Source: Bacteroidia bacterium
Lineage (GTDB): Bacteria; Bacteroidota; Bacteroidia; Flavobacteriales; Flavobacteriaceae
Direction of reading: 5' to 3'
Assembly (NCBI GenBank): GCA_030425715.1
Contig: JAUIAA010000001.1
Location: 1 to 38,390, forward strand
Length of the DNA stretch: 38,390 nt
The notes below the pieces were generated by a model. It was not told where the DNA came from, did no database searches, and saw only the letters and a program-made list of their open reading frames with translations. The translations under genes were made by a program, and so were the position numbers. Below are positions 9,261 through 17,600 of this stretch, piece by piece. Every line of letters starts with the position of its first letter. Within the stretch, counting starts at the first letter, position 1.

Positions 9261-9848
9261 ATGAAATTAGCAAAAATACTTTGGATCTTAGGTTCCATAC
9301 TCATTAATATTACCATAGGAATATACATTTACCTTTCCAAGCAAATGCCTATTCACCCACAAGAGAGGCATCTCTTTATTAATGAGAATTGGGGTGTCTT
9401 TGGTGGGCATTGGAAAGCTGAATTTCTTATCATGACCATGATAGCAATTGGTGCAATTTATTTTGCCATTCACTTCAAAAAAATAAGTTGGTCGATAATT
9501 TCAATAGGTCAATTGATTTTACTTAGCCTATATCCTATTATGCTTGGTGGTTACTGAAATACTCCTTTCGAAATTTCTGAAATGGCAAATCAGATGGCGA
9601 TAGTAATCTTTGTATTTGGAAATATAATTTTTTTAGCTGGTTTACTACATCTCTATTTATATGATAATCTTTTAAAAAAATGGCATCGATGGACTGCCAT
9701 TGTGGCTTCAAGTATTAGCCTAATTGTGTTTTTGATTGCTTTTATAGGAATTATTTCCTGGAAACAGGCATTAATTACTGGGCCTCTGGTAAATCTACTC
9801 TATTTAACCAATGCCTATTATGGATTGAAGCTAGTAGAATACAATTAA
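9261..9848 (+). pseudogene. Membrane protein gene interrupted by a single in-frame TGA
   Basis: ORFs 9261-9557 and 9582-9848 are in the same frame; reading is ...MLGGY*NTPFEISEMANQ... with only TGA 9555-9557 between them. Confidence 0.75.
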
Positions 9849-9888
9849 AAAACTAATTATTAACTCATATACCAATGTTATCTAGAAT

Positions 9889-10761
9889 TTAATTGTTTAC
9901 AGTTACCCTAGCGTTAAGCCCAAAAGTTTGTTGCACATTATCATACCATTCTTCATCTGTTGCAGCATTCCAATCTACCCATTCTTCATCACTCATACTT
10001 TTACGCCATTCTAAAAAAGGTGCTGCATCTGGACCAACAGGGTGGCGTAACTTCCAATCATCACTTTCGGCTACAGCCAAAATTGTATCTGCAACAAATT
10101 TAGGAGAAGTAGGGTTTTCTAACGAAGCGGTAAACAAACCTCCAAATCTATTCGCTTGCGGATAGTTTGTGTTTCTCTCTGCATGCTGAATGTCCTGTGC
10201 CATATCTGTATTGATTATACCTGGCTCAATAATTTTTACTTTGATTTGAAAAGGCTTGACCTCTTGTGCCAATCCTTCACTAAAAGCTTCTAAAGCAAAT
10301 TTTGAAGCTGCGTATGACGTAAGAGGTGCATTCGCAATATGCCCCGCTACAGAAGCAACATTAATAATACAGCCTTTTTGATTTTCTCGCATTAACGGCA
10401 AAACAGCTTTGACACATCTAATTACACCAAAATAATTGGTTTCCATTACTGCTTTAAACTCAGAAATATCCATCAATTCTACAGCTCCATGTCGTTCTAT
10501 TCCAGCATTATTTAACAATATATCTACCGCACCGTTAATTTGATGGATTTGATCGATACAATTAGCAACAGATGTATCTGAATCCACATCCATTTGCAGT
10601 ATTTTTACCATTAGTGCTTCACTTTTTACAGCCTCCTTTAATTGGATGGCTTTCTCTGGATTTCTCATGGTAGCAAACACTCTGTATCCTGCTCTACCAA
10701 AAGCCAATGTAGACTCTAATCCAATTCCTCTATTTGCTCCTGTAATGATAATTGATTTCAT
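9889..10761 (-). CDS. SDR family NAD(P)-dependent oxidoreductase
   Basis: TGANRGIG, NNAG and YAASK motifs. Confidence 0.95.
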   Translation of the reverse strand: MKSIIITGANRGIGLESTLAFGRAGYRVFATMRNPEKAIQLKEAVKSEALMVKILQMDVDSDTSVANCIDQIHQINGAVDILLNNAGIERHGAVELMDISEFKAVMETNYFGVIRCVKAVLPLMRENQKGCIINVASVAGHIANAPLTSYAASKFALEAFSEGLAQEVKPFQIKVKIIEPGIINTDMAQDIQHAERNTNYPQANRFGGLFTASLENPTSPKFVADTILAVAESDDWKLRHPVGPDAAPFLEWRKSMSDEEWVDWNAATDEEWYDNVQQTFGLNARVTVNN

Positions 10762-10961
10762 AATACCTTATTTAAAATTTGTTTCTCCGTCACAAAATAA
10801 AAGTGAATTTTAAACTTAAAAAAACAACCTAGGACAAAGCATACAATTTTTTGTCCCAATCGCAATATTCACTTTTCTAAAGGTTTTTAAAAAAGACTCT
10901 TTTTTAGTTAATTTCAAATTCATGACATTAATTTTATTATTTTTACAAAAAATCATACACC

Positions 10962-11456
10962 ATGAAAAAAATTATTGCTCTTATAACGCTATGTTTTATT
11001 GTATTTACTTCTTGTGAAGGGCCTCAAGGACCTCCAGGTCAGGATGGAGGCTTAATAGTTGCGCAAGCATTTGAAATTGCTGTTGATTTCACCCCTAATA
11101 ATAATTATGAAATTGTTGAAAACTATGGTTTTGAAGTTTATCCTACTGATGTAACCTTAGTATATATAGAATGGGAAACCGATAGTGGCAACTCTATATG
11201 GAGGTTATTGCCACAAATTGTAGAATTTCCAGAAGGTCAATTACAATACAATTACGATTTTACCCAACAAGATGTTCGTTTATTTTTAGATGGAACTATT
11301 GATTTGGATTTATTAGGAAATGAGTGGACTCAAAATCAATTGTTTAGGGTAGTTGTTATTCCGGCAGACAATGTAGGAGAAATTAATGTAAATAATTTTA
11401 ATGATGTATTAAAGGCAGGTAACATTAAAAGTTTTGAAAGCAAAAGTATAAACTAG
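10962..11456 (+). CDS. Lipoprotein with short collagen-like (GXY) segment
   Basis: Lipobox FTSC followed by EGPQGPPGQDG. Confidence 0.8.
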   Translation: MKKIIALITLCFIVFTSCEGPQGPPGQDGGLIVAQAFEIAVDFTPNNNYEIVENYGFEVYPTDVTLVYIEWETDSGNSIWRLLPQIVEFPEGQLQYNYDFTQQDVRLFLDGTIDLDLLGNEWTQNQLFRVVVIPADNVGEINVNNFNDVLKAGNIKSFESKSIN

Positions 11457-12034
11457 TCAATCATTTCTTTTAACTGTTCAATTCGCTTTTCTTTTTCTGG
11501 TTGTCGAATGTTTTGACCATATACTGTATGGTATTTGTGTAATTCTAAAAACTTAATCTGTGCTTTGTTCCAATCATTTTGGTTATTCATGATTGAAAAT
11601 GCTTTTAACTCTCTAAATAATTGGTTGCTAATTTCATAAAAATCATCCCTGCCTAAATAGTCTAAATCAGCATCACAAATAATTCTTTCTAACTCATTTT
11701 TAGGAGTTTGCGGAATTTTTGTAGCCCTAATTAAGCCTTTTACAGTTTCTATTTCTTTTTTTGAACATCCATATTCACGCATATATTTTTCAGCAATTTC
11801 TACCCCTCTTTCTTCATGTTCCTCATTAGATACTGTAAAACCTATATCGTGGTATAAGGCTCCAATTCTCAATAATTTTGCCTTTTTAGCATCAATTTTC
11901 TCTCTTTTAATATGTCGGTTAAGGGCATTTAATACATCAAAGGTATGGTGCAGACCATGATAAAAAAGCTTATCTGATAACTGGGTAGTTAAAATTTCTA
12001 AAGCTTTTTTTCTAAGTTTATTATAACCTTTCAT
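11453..12034 (-). CDS. HD-domain phosphohydrolase
   Basis: YHGLHHT, LYHDIG, HEERG and CDADLDYLG metal-binding motifs. Confidence 0.9.
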   Translation of the reverse strand: MKGYNKLRKKALEILTTQLSDKLFYHGLHHTFDVLNALNRHIKREKIDAKKAKLLRIGALYHDIGFTVSNEEHEERGVEIAEKYMREYGCSKKEIETVKGLIRATKIPQTPKNELERIICDADLDYLGRDDFYEISNQLFRELKAFSIMNNQNDWNKAQIKFLELHKYHTVYGQNIRQPEKEKRIEQLKEMID

Positions 12035-12053
12035 TCTTTTTTAGCAATTGTAT

Positions 12054-12560
12054 TTAAAAATTTATCAACCAAATGAAAAGTACCAAAACTACAAATATGA
12101 AACTAATTGCTAAATACTTCATAGCGTTTTTTACACTTTTAAATTTTTGATCTACTATTTTACTTTCTATATGTATTTGATGACTTAACTGTAAAAATAA
12201 CTTATTATTGTCTTCACAAACTTCCATTAATTTATTGCTATACGCTTCAATGTTTCCAAATTTACGAACAGCGTCACTAAAGAAAAATACATTTTTATCG
12301 TATTTTAATTCCATTCTTGGGATAAAGCACTGGATAGCAAAATAAATAGAAATCAGTACCGCAAGCAACCAAAGACATACCAAAACAACAAATAAGGTGC
12401 TATTTTCAAAAGACACGTGCAATTGTTCTAACCTATCGAAAAAAAGCCCTAATAATAAGCTATGGAAAGAAAAAATAATACCCGCCTTCAACTCAGAGGC
12501 ACGAATAAGTCTTTCTAGTCTTTCTAATTGCATCCAATAATTATTTGGGTCTGCATTCAT
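12054..12560 (-). CDS. Pycsar effector family (PycTM/DUF5706-like) membrane protein
   Basis: 168 aa, three hydrophobic helices; RASELKAG before TM1, PR after TM2, FFFSD, and KFK before the last TM, as in this family. Confidence 0.75.
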   Translation of the reverse strand: MNADPNNYWMQLERLERLIRASELKAGIIFSFHSLLLGLFFDRLEQLHVSFENSTLFVVLVCLWLLAVLISIYFAIQCFIPRMELKYDKNVFFFSDAVRKFGNIEAYSNKLMEVCEDNNKLFLQLSHQIHIESKIVDQKFKSVKNAMKYLAISFIFVVLVLFIWLINF

Positions 12561-12655
12561 AAAAATTATTCAACTATTTTAATTAGACAGCTAATTATTA
12601 GCAAATTAAACAAGTATTAAATATACAATATTATTTTAATAAGGGTTATTCTAAG

Positions 12656-14617
12656 TTAAACTGGTTTAGAAACTTCTTTATTCTTTATATTATTAACAAA
12701 GTACATACTCATAATACCCTTGTTCTTTACATCTATTTTACCGCGATAAGAACAGTCAAACACATCTTTAATTAAGCTATAGGTGTGTTCAGAAACATTT
12801 ATTTTCATCGGTTCAGAAGAAGACTCCATACGTGCTGCAACGTTTACTGTATCTCCCCAAATATCATAAGCAAATTTCTTAGTTCCTACTACTCCTGCTA
12901 CAACTGGGCCTGTATTAATTCCTATTCTAATATCAAAATTTGCAATCGAATCATCCTCTTTTTCTTTAGCTTCTTTCATAATATGCAAAATTTCAAAAGC
13001 TGCAAGAAGTACATTCTTACCATGATCTTCTTTAGGAAAAGGTAAGCCTCCAGCGCACATATAAGCATCTCCTATGGTTTTTATTTTCTCTAAGCCAAAT
13101 TTTTCCATTACCAAATCAAATTTAGAGAAATAATAATCAACACTTTCCACCAGTTGCTCTGGTGACAAACTAGCCGATTTTTGTGTAAATCCTTTAAAAT
13201 CGGTAAACATTACAGTAACTGCTTCAAATTTTTTGGCTTTTACCTTACCATATTTTTTAAGCTCTAAAGCAGTTTCGTGAGGTAAAATATTTTGCAACAA
13301 ATTCTCCGATCTATTTTTTTCGTCTTCAATAACTGAATTTGTTTTTTGAATATATCTATATCTGCGGTAAGTACCTAATGCCAAAAGCAAGATTAAAATA
13401 GAAATAACACTGGCGGCATATACCAAATATTTTTGTCTAGTTGAAATATTTTGCTGTAATTCAGCTTCTTTTTCTAGTAAACTTATTTGGTCTTGTTTTT
13501 TATCTAATTCAAAATCGAACTGTAAGCCTCGTATCTTATCATCTGTTTCTAAATTAAATAAGGAGTCTTTTTGTTGCACAAATAAAGATTGGTACTTGTA
13601 CGCATTTGCAAAATCTTTTTTCTCTCTAAACAAATGAGACATGCCCCCATATATATCTTTTAATTCTCCAACAACTCCCATTTTTAAAGCTAAATTTTCT
13701 GCTTCTTTATAAGAATTTAATGCTTTTTGAAAATCTTTTTTTTGATACGTGTTTCCTATTGCAATCAAAGATTGCACCATATCCAATTGCTGGTTTTTTT
13801 CTTTAGCAGTTGCGTAAGCCAATTCTAAATACTCTACTGATTTTGAAAAATTGCCTTTTTCATATTCCGTTTCTCCAAGCATTTTAAGGTTATGGGCATA
13901 ATCTGAACCATTTTTATTTAGCGGAAGTGCTTCTTTAAAATACTTTATTGCTTTATCATAATCCTTTTTTTTAGCATAAACTTCACCCATTCCCATTAAA
14001 TAAGTGGAATGAATTTGTACATCCTTTAAATTTGTCAAATAAGGCTCTATTTGACGGAAATATTTTATAGATTGCTCGTAATCACCAATTTCACCATAAA
14101 GTCCAGCAATATTGAGTAGCGCACTACAAATACGAAGGGGTTCCTTTAATTTTAGAGATATATTTAACGATTCTAAATAAAAATCTATGGCTTTGGCATT
14201 GCTGCCTTGGCTGTAATACACTGCTCCTAAATTATTTAACATATTGGCTATACCCAGAGTATCTGGAACACTTTTGTATGCTTCTAAAGACTTACTCCAA
14301 TACTCCAAAACCTTTAAATAATTACCCTGATGATACTCGGCCAGACCCATATTTTTTAAAGCGAGTGCTTCCCCCTTTATATAATTCAATTTATTTGCCA
14401 ATAATAGTGCTTGATGGGAATACTCTAATGAACCATTGATATTCTCTTCTTTTAAGACCTTAGCACTAAGCTCGTTTAAATTGATAATTAAAACCGTATC
14501 TTTTTTGCTATTTTGAATTACACTTTTTAAACTATCTGTCTGGGCATTTAAGTTGGGAATTAGGCACAACAATATTAAATTTAGTACTACCCCAAGAAAG
14601 TCAAATTTTATATTCAT
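12656..14617 (-). CDS. Membrane-anchored class III adenylate/guanylate cyclase with extracytoplasmic TPR domain
   Basis: Signal peptide, TPR-like repeats, one TM, coiled coil; MFTDFKGFT, KIKTIGDAYM, RIGINTG and YDIWGDTVNVAARMES. Confidence 0.93.
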   Translation of the reverse strand: MNIKFDFLGVVLNLILLCLIPNLNAQTDSLKSVIQNSKKDTVLIINLNELSAKVLKEENINGSLEYSHQALLLANKLNYIKGEALALKNMGLAEYHQGNYLKVLEYWSKSLEAYKSVPDTLGIANMLNNLGAVYYSQGSNAKAIDFYLESLNISLKLKEPLRICSALLNIAGLYGEIGDYEQSIKYFRQIEPYLTNLKDVQIHSTYLMGMGEVYAKKKDYDKAIKYFKEALPLNKNGSDYAHNLKMLGETEYEKGNFSKSVEYLELAYATAKEKNQQLDMVQSLIAIGNTYQKKDFQKALNSYKEAENLALKMGVVGELKDIYGGMSHLFREKKDFANAYKYQSLFVQQKDSLFNLETDDKIRGLQFDFELDKKQDQISLLEKEAELQQNISTRQKYLVYAASVISILILLLALGTYRRYRYIQKTNSVIEDEKNRSENLLQNILPHETALELKKYGKVKAKKFEAVTVMFTDFKGFTQKSASLSPEQLVESVDYYFSKFDLVMEKFGLEKIKTIGDAYMCAGGLPFPKEDHGKNVLLAAFEILHIMKEAKEKEDDSIANFDIRIGINTGPVVAGVVGTKKFAYDIWGDTVNVAARMESSSEPMKINVSEHTYSLIKDVFDCSYRGKIDVKNKGIMSMYFVNNIKNKEVSKPV

Positions 14618-14627
14618 TCAGGTTTGA

Positions 14628-17600
14628 TTATTCTTTGATTATATTAAAAACTTTTGTCTCATTTTCAGTGGTAATTCTAACAAAATACATTCCTTCAGGA
14701 AAATTCTGCATATTTATCTCCTGGGTTTGCAATACACTATTATTGAATATTAGATTCGCATAAGTTATTCCGTACAAATTAAATATTTCTACCTCTGCGC
14801 TTTTTAATATGTTTTGTTCCATATACAGTGTGTTTTGTACTGGATTAGGATAAACAGTAAATACATTATCCAATTCACTATCGCACATACGTGATTTTAT
14901 AGATGCTTCAGCTGTTAAAGTATATTTATGTGTAATATTAAAGGTGCTCAATTTCCAAATTAATTTAGTTCCATCAAAGCGAACCTGAAAAACACCTTCA
15001 CCAGGTAAAAACGCTGTTGGCACATTACCACTATAACTTCCACTGCTTGATAAGTTATTATCTATGCCTTCTAAAACATATATAGTGTATGGGTTTTGAT
15101 TTTTATACCTAAAATTTGCTGTATAATTTAAACCATCAGCTGCATTAGCATCATAATTAACGCAATCTAAATATACACGAACTTTTCTAATGCTTGCATC
15201 ACAAGGGTTTACAAATAATTTACCCATATCATCATAAACTATATGATAATTTTTTGGCGCTCTAATCTTAATGTCAAATACACCAATATCTCCATTTTTA
15301 TATTCCTCTCCTTCTGCGTTTTCAAAATAATAATCCACCCCATCTGGAAACACCAAAGCACTATTGTCTGTGTATTTAAATCCTGTAAAAGTACACGACA
15401 TAGAGGTTATGTCTATTGCTTCCCCTTGATTAATGACCAAATCATTAGTTTTGGTATGGAGATTTGCTTTTGAAATTTGTAATTTTCCTGAAACATATGT
15501 CGTATTGAAATTTTCAAAAATTGGTGCTAATGCCCCTCCTGGAAAAATATGATGCTGCTCCTCTAAAGTAGAAGTTGCGTCTATACCAGTTATTAAGTTT
15601 AGTGCATAAAGTTTGTCAATCGTTCTTTCTTCTGTGTCTGTTGAAACATCTTCAGCATCAACAATGGCAAATACTTTAGAATAATCTTTTTGGTCATCTT
15701 CATCTCCTAAACCGCTAGTGTTCACTACTGCCTTAAATTTATTTTCTAGAGATAGTTCTACATTATTACTAAATAAATCCGCACTATTTACAACTGCTCT
15801 AAATTTATTTACAACTGCTCTAAATTTGTTGGTAGTAACATCTTGACTAGCATCTATATAATCTGTAAAATGTTCTTCATCTAAATCTATCAATTGCATA
15901 CCATTAACTACTGCCCTAAATTTATTTTGTATGGTTCTTTCACTGGCTATCCAACTACCATTATTTAATAGTTCTAAAATATTGTACTCATTAACAACCG
16001 CTTTGAATTTATTGGCAAATACCAAGGTATTTTCAGGGTAATAATCTGATTGATGCGCGCTCATAATTGCACTTAAAAATGCTTCATTATTAGATATATT
16101 TGTCTGGTCATAGTTATAGTCCAATTCTATTTCTATAGGCTCTCCATATTCATAGGTAGTATTCTTTGGTTGAATTTCTAAATCTTTTTGACTAACCGTT
16201 AAAATGCCGTTTTTAAAATTGATTTGATATAGAGCTAACTGTTCTTCTGTCAATTCTTCATCAAAATAAGGGGTGATGTTATAATTATTCACATCTGGAA
16301 AAGGTAAAAAGGCTGGGCTGGTAAACTTTACCTCTGGCAAGCCTAGTGATGCCAAAGTTTCTCCCTCTGGCAAACCCTCTACGGTAGCCTCATATTGAAT
16401 ATCTTGACCAAATTCAATAGATAAATCATTGGCTTTGATATTAAAGGCAATCTTACCATCTTCTAATATTTTTACTGGATCTCCTTTTCCATCTAAACCT
16501 GATTCTGATTTTGGTAATGCGTTTACTTCTAAATCTGGATTACCTGTAAATGTTTCAATCTTTGCTACTATTTCCGTGTCTGTACGCGAAATAATCTCCA
16601 CTTCCTCACCATCAAATAATACAACAGATTCTTCCGTAAAATGTTCTCCAACTATGGTTAAATTGAAAGGCTCTGCACTGGGTGTTTTTCCATCTTCAAT
16701 TATCAATGTTATAATTTTTGGAGACTGGGCTGCTATACTTTTAAAGGCATTCTCTGTATCTATAAATCCTGCTCCTGCAGTTGCAGCATTCCCAAAGGGT
16801 ACAGCAGTTTGCTTAAAAATTTGCAAAACCTTATCTGCTTGTAGATTCGTCTTATTCGGAACTTCATTAGGTAAACCACTAGGATACCAGTTTGGCAATG
16901 CCGACATCAACAATACTACAGCTCCAGCGGCATGCGGTGCTGCGGCAGAGGTACCGTAAAAATTAGTAAAATTATCTTCATCTGCGGGGCTATCAGCTCC
17001 AAAAGAAGGCATATTGATATTTCCTCCATCGGGTGCAGTAAAATCTATTTCTAATTCCGTTTGATTTGTTAGAATTCCTCCGTACGAGGAAAATGATTCG
17101 ATTTCCGGATTGTTAGCATTTCTATAATCTACCGCACCAATTATATTTGCTGCAGGTGTCATGGCATGTCCACTTATGGTAGGAGCACCTTGGTTATATT
17201 CTACCAATTCTAACCCATTTGATTGATAAACTATATACCTAAAGGAAAGACCAGTTGGTGGAGTACTCCCAACACTATTGATAAAAATATTGGTATCTCC
17301 TTCTCCCTTTGCTTCAAAAACAATAACTTCTGTAGGGTCTCCAGCTTCGTTAAACCGATTATTACCAACTACCAAATTACCAGCATCATCTACTAGGTAA
17401 ATATCCAAATCGGTTGTTGCACCACTGCTGTTTTCCTGAGAAGCACTACCTTCATCCCATTGCATAACAATCATATAGGTGCCTTCAAGCAGGTGGATTT
17501 TTTGCAATTGGTCTTCTGATCCATCTGGGTTAGTTCCAAATACATGTGGAGTTTGTACTATAGAAGGGTCTAAAAAGTTTGCAGCCAAATCATCTGATCC

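Noticed and set aside
9555-9557. Selenocysteine or alternative-code TGA
   Set aside because: No redox motif or convincing SECIS hairpin; TGA terminates other genes in the window.
10832-10856. Inverted repeat GGACAAA...TTTGTCC upstream of the SDR gene
   Set aside because: Only 7-bp arms and no assignable regulator; too weak to call.
12054-14617. Calling the locus a canonical Pycsar system
   Set aside because: The cyclase has a receptor architecture and ATP-type specificity residues, unlike PycC, so it is reported only as Pycsar-like.
16429-16959. 176-aa plus-strand ORF and other antisense ORFs (e.g. 5224-5574, 6379-6723, 26355-26801, 31255-31581)
   Set aside because: They are shadows of well-supported genes on the opposite strand and have no recognisable motifs.
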